In this document: positions 19,720 through 29,682 of the stretch, piece after piece
Numbering within the stretch: position 1 is the first letter of the stretch
Layout of the letters: the number at the start of each line of letters is the position of its first letter
Origin: Alphaproteobacteria bacterium
GTDB lineage: Bacteria; Pseudomonadota; Alphaproteobacteria; MPNO01
Length of the DNA stretch: 64,000 bases
NCBI GenBank assembly: GCA_965203455.1
Contig: CBDBCV010000008.1
Coordinates: 2,604 to 66,603, forward strand
Direction of reading: 5' to 3'
The notes under the pieces: model-generated
What the model was told of the DNA's origin: nothing
The model's database searches: none
Seen by the model: the letters and a program-made list of their open reading frames with translations, nothing else
Position numbers and translations under genes: made by a program

Positions 19720-21002
19720 AGCGCCATGCAGTCCCGCCACGCGCGCCAGAAGCCGCGCACCGCGGCCTCGGTGACCCGCGATGCGCCCGCCGGCTCGATC
19801 GCGGTGCCGCCCATCCGCATGAAGCTCCGCCCCTCCGGCGCGCTCCGTGTCGCGGCGTCGATGAAGCCCCCGATGCAGCCGTCCTCCATCGAGACGTAGC
19901 CCGCCGGACCGACCAGGTTGTTGACCTTGAGCCGGAGCGCCTCGAAGTCCTCGTCGTCGTCCTCGAAGCCCAACACGGTCCACTTGAGCTCGCATTCCTC
20001 CGGCCCCCGGGGGACGAGCTGACGGACGGCGAGCGCGTTCAGGATCTGCTGGACGACCAGCGTCGGGAAGATCGTCTGGATCGAGTTGGTGATCCGGTCG
20101 CCGAGCTCGAGCCGGTGCTCCATCAGCGACGGATCCTCAAGCGCATACTGCTCCTTCAGCGACCGCACCGCCTCGGCGCCCTCCCGTTCGCTGCCGTCGG
20201 CCGCGCGTTCGGTGAAGCTCAGATGATGCCAGCCGTTCTCGCTGAGCCGGATGCCGCCGCCCATGGTGAAGCGGACGATCCCGAAGGTGTTGTGGAACAC
20301 GTGGAGCAGCGTCGCGTGATAGCTGTCCTTGGTGTTCTCCGCGTAGAGCTTCCAGTTGTTGGGCAGAAGCTGGCTGTGATAGCCGAGCACCCGGACGGGC
20401 TTCACGAACACCCGGTCCAGCGCCGCCAGCATGGCGGGGCCGATATAGGTTTCGAGATCGGGCGCCGCGTCGGAGAAGGTCGCGAAGACCAGCCCGTTCC
20501 GCGACGCGGTACGGAGCCGCTGGAGCCCGTGCGCGCCGGGCTCGAACCCCGTCTCCATCCCGCCCTCGCCGCGCACGCCGCGCCGGAACGCGACGCCGGT
20601 CAGGCTGCCGTCGAGGTCGTAGGTCCAGTTGTGGTAGACGCAGGTGAACTCGCTCACCGTGCCGCGCGGCTTGTAGCAGACCAGCGCCCCCTTGTGCGCG
20701 CAGCGGTTGACCAGCGCGTTTATCCCGCCGTCCCGGCCGCGAACGACGACGATCGGGGCGTCGCCGATGACGCTCGTCCGGTAGTCGCCCGGGTTCGGGA
20801 TCTCCGCTTCGAGGCAGAGGAAATTCCAGGTCGGACCGCGGAAGATCCGCTCCTGCTCGCGGATATGGATGCCGGGGTCGCTGTAGACCCGGTAGGGCAC
20901 CGCGACACGTCGTCGTCGGGCCAGAGAGGGGCTGTGCTCATCGGTGCCGGTCCCGCGCCGAGGATAGGACATCGCGGCCGGCGTGTCATACTGCGCCGGC
21001 AC
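19716..21002 (-). CDS. Rieske non-heme iron oxygenase alpha subunit
   Basis: Rieske 'CAHKGALVC…CVYHNW'. Mononuclear-iron catalytic domain. Start uncertain (21002 or 20972). Confidence 0.85.
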   Translation of the reverse strand: MPAQYDTPAAMSYPRRGTGTDEHSPSLARRRRVAVPYRVYSDPGIHIREQERIFRGPTWNFLCLEAEIPNPGDYRTSVIGDAPIVVVRGRDGGINALVNRCAHKGALVCYKPRGTVSEFTCVYHNWTYDLDGSLTGVAFRRGVRGEGGMETGFEPGAHGLQRLRTASRNGLVFATFSDAAPDLETYIGPAMLAALDRVFVKPVRVLGYHSQLLPNNWKLYAENTKDSYHATLLHVFHNTFGIVRFTMGGGIRLSENGWHHLSFTERAADGSEREGAEAVRSLKEQYALEDPSLMEHRLELGDRITNSIQTIFPTLVVQQILNALAVRQLVPRGPEECELKWTVLGFEDDDEDFEALRLKVNNLVGPAGYVSMEDGCIGGFIDAATRSAPEGRSFMRMGGTAIEPAGASRVTEAAVRGFWRAWRDCMAL

Positions 21003-21018
21003 GACGGGAGAACGGGAA

Positions 21019-22155
21019 ATGGGCGGGATGCGAAACGTCGCCGTCGCCGGCAGGGCGCTCGACGCCTACGCTGCGGTGCACCGCAGCGGGAGCGGACCCG
21101 GCCTCCTCCTGCTCGCCGACGAGGCGGGGCTGGACGAGGGGATCAGGGCGCGGGCCGACCTGTTCGGCGAGGAGGGGTATACGGTGCTCGCGGTCGCCGG
21201 CCTGTCGGAGCCCGGCGAGGTCCGCGCGGCGGCGGAAACCCTGCGCGCCATGCCGGAACGCTCGGGCGGCATCGCCGTGCTCGGCCACGGTCCGGGCGGG
21301 GACCTCGCCTGCCGGGCGGCGTCCGCCTTCGACGCGGCGGTCGCGTTCGATCCGGTCGGCCTGGAGACCGCGTCGAAAATCGCGAGCGGTTGCCCCGCGC
21401 TGCTCCTGTTCGGAACCCGCGGCAACGGCGAGGCGGAGGACAGGGCAAGACGGATCGAGACCGGCCTCGACCGCGGCAACGGCAGCGGCGTCGCGGTCTA
21501 TCCCGGCGCATCGCCCGGCTTCGCGATCCCACACCGCCCGGCCTTCGACAAACGCACCGACAGCCTCGCGCACAGCCGGGCGCTCGGGCCGCTGCGCCGC
21601 GCGCTGGGCCCGCATTACGACCTCGTCGCGCTGTTCGAGGCGCATGTCCGCCACGAGTTCGAGACCCGCGACGTGGACGCGACCATGGCGACGATGATCG
21701 ACGAGCCTTACGTCAACCACGTCCCGACGCTGGCGGGCGGCGTCGGCCACGACATGCTAAAGCGGTTCTACAAGTACCATTTCGTGCACCAGAACTCGCG
21801 CGAGCGGTCGAGCACGCCGGTCTCGGAGACCATAGGCCCCGACCGCATCGTGCTGGAGACGGTCGTCAGGTTCCGCCACGACCAAGTGCTGGACCGGTAC
21901 TTTCCCGGCATCCCGCCGACCGGGAAAATGGTGGAGATCCCGACGCTGCTGCTGGTGAGGTTCCGCGGCGACCGCGTGTGCCACGAGCATATCTACTGGG
22001 ACCAGGCCTCGGCGCTGAAGCAGATCGGCGCGCTCGACGCGGACGGCCTCCCCGTCGCCGGCGCGGAGGCGGCCGAGAAGGTCCTCGACGAGACCCGCCC
22101 GTCCAACATCTTCATGCGGGACGCCTGGGCGGAAAGCGAGGGCAAGCCGATTTGA
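21019..22155 (+). CDS. Dienelactone-hydrolase-family domain fused to a SnoaL/NTF2-like domain
   Basis: N-terminal α/β-hydrolase DLH region. C-terminal ~150 aa NTF2-like region ('FEAHVRHEFETRDVDATMATMIDEPYVNHVPT…'). Start ambiguous between 20983, 21019 and 21028. Confidence 0.6.
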   Translation: MGGMRNVAVAGRALDAYAAVHRSGSGPGLLLLADEAGLDEGIRARADLFGEEGYTVLAVAGLSEPGEVRAAAETLRAMPERSGGIAVLGHGPGGDLACRAASAFDAAVAFDPVGLETASKIASGCPALLLFGTRGNGEAEDRARRIETGLDRGNGSGVAVYPGASPGFAIPHRPAFDKRTDSLAHSRALGPLRRALGPHYDLVALFEAHVRHEFETRDVDATMATMIDEPYVNHVPTLAGGVGHDMLKRFYKYHFVHQNSRERSSTPVSETIGPDRIVLETVVRFRHDQVLDRYFPGIPPTGKMVEIPTLLLVRFRGDRVCHEHIYWDQASALKQIGALDADGLPVAGAEAAEKVLDETRPSNIFMRDAWAESEGKPI

Positions 22156-22236
22156 GCCCGCGCCCGTCTCTGCTAGGCTTTTGCCGTCGATAAACGAAAA
22201 TCGGCCCGCACCGGGCCGGCAGGAGGGAGAGACAGG

Positions 22237-23253
22237 ATGACAGCACGCAGACTTCTGGCCGCCGTTCTCGCGGCGGGCGTGGTAGGGGGCGCGGCGGCCA
22301 CCGCCGAGGCCCAGCTCAAGCGGATCACGATCGGCAGCAATCCCGCGGGATCGACCTACTTCCTGCTCGCGGGCGGCTTCGCCAAGCACTTCCAGCAAGA
22401 CCTGAAAATCCGCTCGACCGCGCAGCCGCATGCCGGCTCGTCGGTCTACCTGCCGCTGATGAACAAGGGCGAGATCGTGATGGGGCTCAATTCGAGCCTC
22501 GATTCGGGCATGGCGGTCGCCGGCACCGCGCCGTTCAAGGAGAAAATCAAGAGCGTCCGCATGCTGGCGCGGATCTGGATCCTGCCCTACGCCTACATGG
22601 TCAAGGAGAACTCGGGCATCAAGACGATCGACGATCTGCGCGGCAAGAAGGTGATCGTCAAGGTCAAGACCAACGTCTCGCTCGCCCAGGCCAACGCGAC
22701 GCTGCTCTCGACCGCCGGCCTGACCACGAAGGACATGGACCCGGTGGATTCGGGCGGCGTGGTCAACGGTATCAACATGGTCGTCGAGGACCGCGCCGCC
22801 GCGACGACGGTCGCGCTCGCCATGCCGGCGATGCGCAAGACCCATGCGACGGTGCCGGGCGGACTCCGCATCCTGCCCCTGGGCAAGCTGGCGAACAACG
22901 AGATGCTCGCCAAGGGCATGCCCGGGCTCTATACGCTGAAGGTCAAGCCGAGCAAGCGCTTCCCCTTCGTCCGCGATCCGATCACCATCGCCGCGTTCGA
23001 TTCCTATCTCAACGCCTCGGCGGCCAAGGTGAGCGACGAGGACGCGTACAGGCTCGCCAAGTCGCTGCACACCAACTGGAAGAAGCTGCAGAAGGACTAC
23101 GGGCCGCTGCGGGGGACGCCGCAGGACGGGCTCGCCCCTGCCAACACGGCGATGCCCTACCACCCGGGGGCGATCAAGTACTACAAGGAAGCCGGGCTGT
23201 GGACGGCCGAGCACGATGCGGGCCAGGCCAGGGTCCTGAGCAGAGTGCAGTAG
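22237..23253 (+). CDS. TAXI-family TRAP transporter solute-binding protein
   Basis: Signal peptide 'LLAAVLAAGVVGGAAATAEA'. 'KRITIGSNPAGSTYFLLAGGFAKHF' is the TAXI signature. Confidence 0.85.
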   Translation: MTARRLLAAVLAAGVVGGAAATAEAQLKRITIGSNPAGSTYFLLAGGFAKHFQQDLKIRSTAQPHAGSSVYLPLMNKGEIVMGLNSSLDSGMAVAGTAPFKEKIKSVRMLARIWILPYAYMVKENSGIKTIDDLRGKKVIVKVKTNVSLAQANATLLSTAGLTTKDMDPVDSGGVVNGINMVVEDRAAATTVALAMPAMRKTHATVPGGLRILPLGKLANNEMLAKGMPGLYTLKVKPSKRFPFVRDPITIAAFDSYLNASAAKVSDEDAYRLAKSLHTNWKKLQKDYGPLRGTPQDGLAPANTAMPYHPGAIKYYKEAGLWTAEHDAGQARVLSRVQ

Positions 23254-23299
23254 CCGGCATCGCCGGCCCGGCGAGGCGGCGCGCGGCGCCAGCGGTCCG

Positions 23300-25189
23300 A
23301 TGCAGCAGCTGACGTCGCTGCTGCTGCGCGCCTGCCTCGGCGCGGTGCCGATCATCGGGATCCTCTGGATCTTCGCGGTCGCCGACCGGGTCGGCTTTGC
23401 CTTCACCTTCCAGCAGGCGATCGGCGTCGTCCTCGGGCTGTCGATCGCCGCGGCCTATCTCAAATACCCCTACGGCGCCCGCGCCGGGACGCTCGAGATC
23501 GCGCTCGCCGTGGTCTCGTTCGCCGCGTGGTTCTGGATGTCGTGGAACTTCGAGGACTGGATCGTCGGCATGGCGGACCGGACACCGGACAAGTGGGTGC
23601 CGGGCGTGATCGCCGTGCTTGCCATGATGGAGGCGCTCAGGAAGGCCTGCGGCAAGGTGATCACGATCCTGGTCTGGGTGATGATCGTCTACGCCTTCTT
23701 CGGCGACGCGCTGCCCGGCGCGCTGGAAGCGGAGGTCTTCCCGCCGACCAAGACGGTGCTCTACCTCTACGCCGACAATAACGGCATTCCGGGGCTGGTG
23801 CTGCGCGTCGTCACCGAGCTCGTGCTCGCCTTCATCATTTTGGGCAAGCTGCTCGAGGTCTCCGGCGCGACGCGGTTCTTCACCGACCTCGCGATGGGGC
23901 TGATGGGCCACCGCCGGGGCGGCCCGGCCAAGGTCGCCGTCGTCGCTTCCAGCGCGTTCGGCACCATCTCGGGCTCGGCGGTCGGCAACATCATGTCGAC
24001 CGGGATCGTCACCATCCCGATGATGAAGCGCACCGGGTTCGAGCCGCGCTACGCCGCGGGCATCGAGGCGGTGGCCTCCAACGGCGGCCAGATCGCGCCG
24101 CCGGTGATGGGGGCGACCGCCTTCATCATCGCCGAGTTCCTCGAAGTCGCCTATATCGACGTGGTCATCGCGGCGGCGGTCCCGGCGGCGCTCTACTACC
24201 TGGTGCTGTTCCTCCAGGTCGATGCCATCGCCGCGCGTTTCGGCCTGCTCGGCCTGCCGAAATCGGAGTTGCCCCGCGTTTTCAAGGTGCTGCTGTCGGG
24301 CTGGGTGTTCCTGCTGCCGCTCGGCGTGCTGCTCTACTTCCTGTTCGGGCTCGGCTACAACCCCGGCCTGTCGGCGATGTACGCCGCCGCCTCGCTGCTC
24401 CTCCTCTTCATCCTGAAGAGCCGGCGCCTGCCGAGCCGCGCGGAATGGCGCGACTTCATCTTCGGCTCGGGCGAGAACCTGCTGCCGTTGATGCTGATCG
24501 CCGGCGGGGCAGGGGTGGTGATGGGGGTGCTGAATGCCAGCGGTCTCGCCTTCCAGCTCTCGATCATCCTCGCCGAGCTCGGTCAGAGCGCGGGGATTTT
24601 CTGGATGCTGGTGGTGACCGCCCTGGTCTCCATCGTCCTCGGCATGGGGATGCCGACCGCGGCGGTCTACATCATCCTCGCCACGGTGATCGCGCCCGCC
24701 TTGGTGGAGATCGGGCTGAAGCCGATGGCGGCGCATCTGTTCCTGTTCTATTTCGGGCTCCTGAGCATGCTCACCCCGCCGGTCGCGGTGGCCAGCATGG
24801 TGGCGGCGGGGATCGCGGGCTCCGACATGTGGCGGACCGGGCTGGTCGGCATGCAGCTCGCCGCCGCCGCCTATCTGCTGCCCTTCCTCTGGGCGTTCAA
24901 CCCAGCGCTGGTGATGGAGGGGAGCTGGGTGGCGGTGGTCTATGTCAGCCTCACCGCGCTGGTCGCCGGGTTCCTGATCGCCGAGGCGGTGATCACCTGG
25001 GGCGACGGCGGGCTCGCCAGGATGGGGCTCGCCCTCTTCTACTTCGCGGCGGCGATCGCGGTCGGCGGATCGACGATCTGGCTCGGCGCGGAATCGCCGC
25101 TGACGCTGCTGGCCGGCGCGGTCGGCGCAGTCGTGGCGTTCCTCGCGCGGCGCAGCGCGGCCCTGCGGGTCAGGGCGCGCGCGCTTTAG
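23300..25189 (+). CDS. TRAP transporter fused 4TM/12TM permease
   Basis: 629-aa polytopic protein immediately after the TAXI receptor. Confidence 0.85.
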   Translation: MQQLTSLLLRACLGAVPIIGILWIFAVADRVGFAFTFQQAIGVVLGLSIAAAYLKYPYGARAGTLEIALAVVSFAAWFWMSWNFEDWIVGMADRTPDKWVPGVIAVLAMMEALRKACGKVITILVWVMIVYAFFGDALPGALEAEVFPPTKTVLYLYADNNGIPGLVLRVVTELVLAFIILGKLLEVSGATRFFTDLAMGLMGHRRGGPAKVAVVASSAFGTISGSAVGNIMSTGIVTIPMMKRTGFEPRYAAGIEAVASNGGQIAPPVMGATAFIIAEFLEVAYIDVVIAAAVPAALYYLVLFLQVDAIAARFGLLGLPKSELPRVFKVLLSGWVFLLPLGVLLYFLFGLGYNPGLSAMYAAASLLLLFILKSRRLPSRAEWRDFIFGSGENLLPLMLIAGGAGVVMGVLNASGLAFQLSIILAELGQSAGIFWMLVVTALVSIVLGMGMPTAAVYIILATVIAPALVEIGLKPMAAHLFLFYFGLLSMLTPPVAVASMVAAGIAGSDMWRTGLVGMQLAAAAYLLPFLWAFNPALVMEGSWVAVVYVSLTALVAGFLIAEAVITWGDGGLARMGLALFYFAAAIAVGGSTIWLGAESPLTLLAGAVGAVVAFLARRSAALRVRARAL

Positions 25190-25368
25190 CGGCCGTCCCG
25201 AGTTCGCCGGGCGCCCACGGCCAGCCCATCTCCGGCAGCGTCCCGACCACCTCGAAGGGCTGGACGAGACGGAAGGTGCGGCCGTAACGGTCGGTCGTGA
25301 CGACTTCCATCGTGTGGAGACCGACCGGCAGATCCGGCGGCAGGTCGGCGCGCCACAGGTGGTTCGAC
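25172..25368 (-). pseudogene. 3' fragment of an unknown gene, truncated at its 5' side by IS66 copy 1.
   Basis: Minus-strand frame '…LPPDLPVGLHTMEVVTTDRYGRTFRLVQPFEVVGTLPEMGWPWAPGELGTAAKARAP*' runs open straight into the IS66 end. Confidence 0.35.
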
Positions 25369-25400
25369 CGTAAGCGTCCGGCGTGACCGCCCCTGCGTGG

Positions 25401-26402
25401 TCAGTCGGCGGCTTCCCGATCTTCTGCGGGCGCGGTGTTCCACGGCAGCAGATCGTCGATGCGGTTGATCCTGTAGTCGGGGATGCGTTCGAGGACCTGA
25501 GCAAGCCAGGCCTGCGGATCGACATCGTTGAGCCTGGCGGTCTCGATCAGGGTGTAGGCGATGGCGGCGGCCCTGCCGCCGCTGGCCGAGCCCATGAAGA
25601 GATAGTTCTTGCGGCCGAGCGCGATCGGCCTCATTGCGCGTTCGGCGGGGTTGTTGTCGATCTCGAGGAAGCCGTGCTCGAGATAGGGTCGAAGGCGCTT
25701 CATCCGGGTCAGGGCATGACGGATCGCCGCTGCCAGCGGGGTCTTGGCGGAGATTCTGGGCAGCTGCGATTGCAGCCACCGCTCCAGCTCGTCGAGGCAC
25801 GGCGCGGCCTTGGCCTGGCGGATGGCCGCGCGGTTCTCGGGCGGCTGCCCGCGGGCCTCCTTCTCGATAGCGTAGAGGGCGGCGATCCGTTCCAGCGCCT
25901 CGGCGGCGATCGCCGAGCCCTGGGCGGCATGGACGTCGAAGAACTTGCGTCGCACATGCGCCAGACAGGCCACCTCGCGGACCGGCCCGGCGCGCGCCAG
26001 CGCACCGAACCCGGCATAGCCGTCCGAGTGCATCCAGCCGGCGAAGCCTTCAAGATGCGCCTTCGGATGCGCCGCCTTGCGGTCGGCCGAGAAGCGGTAC
26101 CAGGCCGCCGGCGGCGCCTCGCCAGCCCAGGGCCGCTCGTCCCGCACGTAGGTCCAGGCCCGGCCGGTCGCCGTTTTGCCGGTTCCCGGCGCCAGCAGCT
26201 TGACCGGGGTGTCGTCGGCGAACAGGGCTTGTCCTTCCAGCACATGGCGCCCGATCGCATCGGCCAGGGGCTCCAGCAGCGCCGTCGCCTTGCCGACCCA
26301 GCCGGCGAGCGTCGAGCGGTCGAGCTCGACGCCGTCGCGGGCGAAGATGCGGGACTGGCGGTAGAGCGGCAAGCGAGTCGCGCGGGGGAATCTCACCCCC
26401 AC
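25401..26402 (-). CDS. tnpC: IS66 transposase TnpC, exon-2-encoded C-terminal part (starts …LPLYRQ).
   Basis: IS66 TnpC core 'LPLYRQSRIFARDGVELDRSTLA…'. DDE region. Confidence 0.9.
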   Translation of the reverse strand: MGVRFPRATRLPLYRQSRIFARDGVELDRSTLAGWVGKATALLEPLADAIGRHVLEGQALFADDTPVKLLAPGTGKTATGRAWTYVRDERPWAGEAPPAAWYRFSADRKAAHPKAHLEGFAGWMHSDGYAGFGALARAGPVREVACLAHVRRKFFDVHAAQGSAIAAEALERIAALYAIEKEARGQPPENRAAIRQAKAAPCLDELERWLQSQLPRISAKTPLAAAIRHALTRMKRLRPYLEHGFLEIDNNPAERAMRPIALGRKNYLFMGSASGGRAAAIAYTLIETARLNDVDPQAWLAQVLERIPDYRINRIDDLLPWNTAPAEDREAAD

Positions 26403-28222
26403 GCGCTCCCAGAACCGTACGTGAACCTCTCAGCTCATACGGCTCCCAGCGTCCGGCCCTGCCCGTGCACAAGGGTCCAATGGGCGAACCGCCACGGCTC
26501 CGCTTTCGCGATTCTGGCAAGCCAGAGACGAGCCTGACGCGGTCGTTGTCGGAAGCGTTTGAACTTCCGCATTGCCCATCGCTGCAAGTGGGCGTCTATC
26601 AGACGAAGGGTCGGATAGAGCGCCGACTTGTAGAATGCGCCGAAGTAGCCGATCCACCCTGCAATTTCGCGATGAAACATGCGGGCAAGGTCAAGCAGTG
26701 CCTTGTCGCTACGCCGTTGCAAACGCCACTGTCGCACGCGGCGCCGAAACGCCTTGAGCGCAGTCGGGCTGGCAGCCGGAAGGAACGAGACCCCGAACAA
26801 CCCGCCGCGCCACGCCGCGAACCTTGGCTGGAAACGGTAGCCCAGGAAGTCGAACGCGACCGTCGGGTAGTCCGCCTTGCGGTTGGTATCCTTGCAGTAG
26901 ACCACCTTGGTCTTCTGCGGATGGACCTCCAGGCCGCACTCGGCCAATCGGTCCGCAACCCGCCGCCAGAGGGTCTTTGCCGCCTCCTCCGTTCGACAAT
27001 GGCAGATTATATCGTCCGCATACCGTTCGAACGGAACATGCGGCATCGACCTTTTCATCCATTGATCGAACGCATAGTGCAGGAACAGGTTGGACAATAC
27101 TGGCGAAATTACCCCGCCCTGTGGCGTGCCCCTGTCCCGTGCGACAACGGTGCCGTCCTCCTCGATCACGGGAGCCTTCAACCAGCGCTCGACATAGAGC
27201 AGCACCCACCGGCAGTCCGTATGGTGACGAACGGCCTTCAGCAGCAACTCGTGGTCGATGTTGTCGAAGAACCCCTTGATGTCCATGTCCAGCACCCAGT
27301 CGTAGCGCCAGCATCGCCGACGCGCTGTCCGGATGGCGTCAATGGCGGATCGCTTCGGCCGATATCCGTATGAGTCCTCATGGAAAATCGGTTCCAACAA
27401 GGGCTCCAGATGTCGGCGAACAACCTCCTGAGCGATGCGGTCCGTGACCGTCGGTATGCCCAACGGGCGCTTCCCGCCGCCCTCCTTGGGGATGTTCACC
27501 CTGCGAACCGGAGGCGGCATATAGCTGCCTGAGGACATGCGATTCCAGAGCTTGTAGAGTTCCGGACCAAGCCGTTCCTCCAGACTCTCGACCGTCTGCC
27601 CATCTACTCCAGCCGCTCCCCGGTTTGCCTTCACATGCTTGAAGGCTTCCCAGACTTCCCTCTTTGCTATCGGGAACGGCTTTGCCCCTGTCATCCGGCT
27701 CCTCCTGTCACCAGTTGGCCGACGGCAGCGGCTGAACACCACAGCCCCTTCGGTCCAGCGCCATTACAGCGCCTTCATCCCTACTACGGGCTGTTCTGCC
27801 CCTGTGCCCCGCATCGGTACTCTGAGCCTTCCGGGGGCTGCCCGGTTGGCCGTCTCCCTTGGCATCGGGACGACAGGTTCTCCTGTTCCGCAAGAAAGCC
27901 TGTTCCGGGTTCACGCCGCCTTCGAGCCGGATGCCGCGTGGGCCGGACTCCAGGACTCCGCCCATGCTTGTCCCGGAGTGACCACCACCCCCGGTTCTGA
28001 CATCGACCATACGCTTTCGGAAGTTCATCGGCGGTTCGCTTTCGCTCGTCTCCCCGGACCTCACCTGACGAGATCGTCGTCCCGCCGTTTCCACGACGCT
28101 CACCACCATCGCTCTTTACGACAGCAGCTCGTGGTGGTTTGAGACCGACGCCTGATCGTCGACCCCGAGGGGCCTACCCTCATCTCTCTTGCAGTTGCGC
28201 ACCTCCTTTCATGGCGGTGCTT
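26400..28222 (-). mobile_element. Group II intron (bacterial, ORF in domain IV) inserted in IS66 tnpC. Boundaries ±10 bp.
   Basis: Domain V 'GAGCCGTATGAGCTGAGAGGTTCACGTACGGTTCT' (minus strand, 26411–26445). Domain VI hairpin 'gggggtgagattccccc'. 5' end near 'GTGTG' at ~28222. Encodes an RT/maturase. Confidence 0.9.
26435..27742 (-). CDS. Group II intron reverse transcriptase/maturase
   Basis: RT motifs ('RPLGIPTVTDRIAQE', 'FLGYRF', YADD as 'RYADDIICHC'). Maturase X domain. 435 aa. Confidence 0.93.
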   Translation of the reverse strand: MVFSRCRRPTGDRRSRMTGAKPFPIAKREVWEAFKHVKANRGAAGVDGQTVESLEERLGPELYKLWNRMSSGSYMPPPVRRVNIPKEGGGKRPLGIPTVTDRIAQEVVRRHLEPLLEPIFHEDSYGYRPKRSAIDAIRTARRRCWRYDWVLDMDIKGFFDNIDHELLLKAVRHHTDCRWVLLYVERWLKAPVIEEDGTVVARDRGTPQGGVISPVLSNLFLHYAFDQWMKRSMPHVPFERYADDIICHCRTEEAAKTLWRRVADRLAECGLEVHPQKTKVVYCKDTNRKADYPTVAFDFLGYRFQPRFAAWRGGLFGVSFLPAASPTALKAFRRRVRQWRLQRRSDKALLDLARMFHREIAGWIGYFGAFYKSALYPTLRLIDAHLQRWAMRKFKRFRQRPRQARLWLARIAKAEPWRFAHWTLVHGQGRTLGAV

Positions 28223-28797
28223 CAGGACACACGGTGATCGCAATACTTCGAGACCAGCACATGCGCCAGAAGGCCGGGGCCCGGTCGGCCGCGCTCGATC
28301 GGTCGCGGCGGCAGCGGCGCCTGGTGGAACTTCTCGCAGCCGCCGCAGGCCAGGCGCGGACGGACGATGCGCTTCACCACGAAGCGGCCGGGGATGTACT
28401 CCAGCTCCTCCGTCACATCCTCGCCGAGCCGCTTGAGACGGCCGCCGCAGTCCGCGCAGCGCTCGCCCGGCGCGAGAACCGTCTCCTCGCGCGGCAGGTG
28501 GTCCGGCAGGGGACGGCGCTTCGGCTGCTTCTTCGTGGCGGGCGTCGGCTCGGTCGGCGCCTCGGCCGCCCGCGCGATCTCCTCGTCCTCCAGCCCGAGA
28601 TCAAGCTGGTCGAGGGCCTCCGAGGTGACGCCGAAGCGCTGCCGCCGCAGACCCGCAAGCTGGTGCCTGAGCTTCTCGATCAACAGATCGCGGTTGCGCA
28701 GCTCGGCGTCCCGTGCCGCCAGTTCGGCCCGCGAGGCCAGCACCATCGCCTTCAACGCGGCGATGTCGTCGGGCAGGGAATGGGCCGCTTCGAGCAT
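28222..28797 (-). CDS. tnpC: IS66 transposase TnpC, exon-1-encoded N-terminal part.
   Basis: Leucine-zipper-like N-terminus. Zn-finger 'CADCGG…CGGC'. Ends '…LVSKYCDH', exactly where the C-part resumes 'LPLYRQ'. Confidence 0.9.
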   Translation of the reverse strand: MLEAAHSLPDDIAALKAMVLASRAELAARDAELRNRDLLIEKLRHQLAGLRRQRFGVTSEALDQLDLGLEDEEIARAAEAPTEPTPATKKQPKRRPLPDHLPREETVLAPGERCADCGGRLKRLGEDVTEELEYIPGRFVVKRIVRPRLACGGCEKFHQAPLPPRPIERGRPGPGLLAHVLVSKYCDHRVS

Positions 28798-28871
28798 GGC
28801 CGCATCCTACCCGAAGGGGCCGACAAAGGGAAGCCCGAATGACAGTCAACCCATTGTTTATAAACGGTGAA

Positions 28872-29246
28872 TCAGCCCGCGGCCAGCGGTCTCCAGGTGC
28901 GAACCGGCGCCCGCCAGTCGATCCCCTCAAGCAGCATCGACAGCTGCGCCGGCGTCACCGACACCTTCCCTTCCGATGCCGACGGCCACACGAAGCGGCC
29001 GCGCTCCAGACGCTTCGAGAACAGGCACGCACCCTGGCCGTCCCACCAGATCATCTTGATCAGGTCGCCCCGGCGGCCGCGGTAGATGAAGAGATGGCCG
29101 CAATGCGGATCCGCCTTCAATACCCGCTCCGCCTGCGCCGCGAGACCGGGGAACCCCTTGCGCATGTCGGTCACGCCGCAGGCCAGCCATACCCGGGTCG
29201 AGGAGGGAACCGGGATCATCCGCCAAGCGCCCGCACCACCCGGCAC
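28872..29246 (-). CDS. tnpB: IS66 accessory protein TnpB
   Basis: 124 aa. '…[37 protein letters not shown]…' is the IS66 Orf2 family. Confidence 0.9.
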   Translation of the reverse strand: MPGGAGAWRMIPVPSSTRVWLACGVTDMRKGFPGLAAQAERVLKADPHCGHLFIYRGRRGDLIKMIWWDGQGACLFSKRLERGRFVWPSASEGKVSVTPAQLSMLLEGIDWRAPVRTWRPLAAG

Positions 29247-29563
29247 AGCGCGTCCGCGTCGAACGACCCGAACGCGCTCACCCGGTGGCCGTTCGACAAC
29301 GCGATCTCGATCCGACCGTCCGATGCCGCGGCCGGCTCCAACGGCAGCGCATCGGGCACCACCTCCACCGGCAGGAAGGACGGCGCCTCCCCGGCATCGG
29401 CCGCCGGCCTGTAACGGGGATCGCGCCGCCAGGTGAAGATCAGGTTGGCGTTGACGTCATAGCGGCGCGCCACAACCGACACCGAGACACCGGGAGCGTA
29501 GCTCTGCGCCACGATCCGGCGCTTCTCGTCGTCCGACCAGAACCGGCGTACCCGACGTGGCAC
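29216..29563 (-). CDS. tnpA: IS66 accessory protein TnpA
   Basis: 115 aa. '[42 protein letters not shown]' is the IS66 Orf1 HTH. Confidence 0.9.
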   Translation of the reverse strand: MPRRVRRFWSDDEKRRIVAQSYAPGVSVSVVARRYDVNANLIFTWRRDPRYRPAADAGEAPSFLPVEVVPDALPLEPAAASDGRIEIALSNGHRVSAFGSFDADALCRVVRALGG

Positions 29564-29576
29564 CGCAGCCCCCTAA

Positions 29577-29609
29577 GATAGTGTCCATTAGCCGATAATG
29601 GACACTATC
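29577..29609. promoter_or_regulatory. Perfect 14-bp inverted repeat with 5-bp spacer upstream of IS66 tnpA (putative operator/promoter element).
   Basis: 'gatagtgtccatta gccga taatggacactatc'. Recurs at 30057–30089 and 61309–61341 in the other copies. Confidence 0.5.
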
Positions 29610-29682
29610 GACCTCTGGAACCTCACCACAGACTGCGGCTCCAAGCCGTCTCGCCACAAGGGCGGTCACGCCAGACGCTTAC

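Larger units (their letters stand above)
25370..29682 (-). mobile_element. IS66-family element copy 1 (tnpA-tnpB-tnpC). tnpC is interrupted by a group II intron.
   Basis: Terminal IRs 'gtaagcgtccggcgtgacc' and 'gtaagcgtctggcgtgacc' (reverse complement at 29664–29682). Three-ORF IS66 organisation. No matching 8-bp flanking duplication. Confidence 0.9.
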
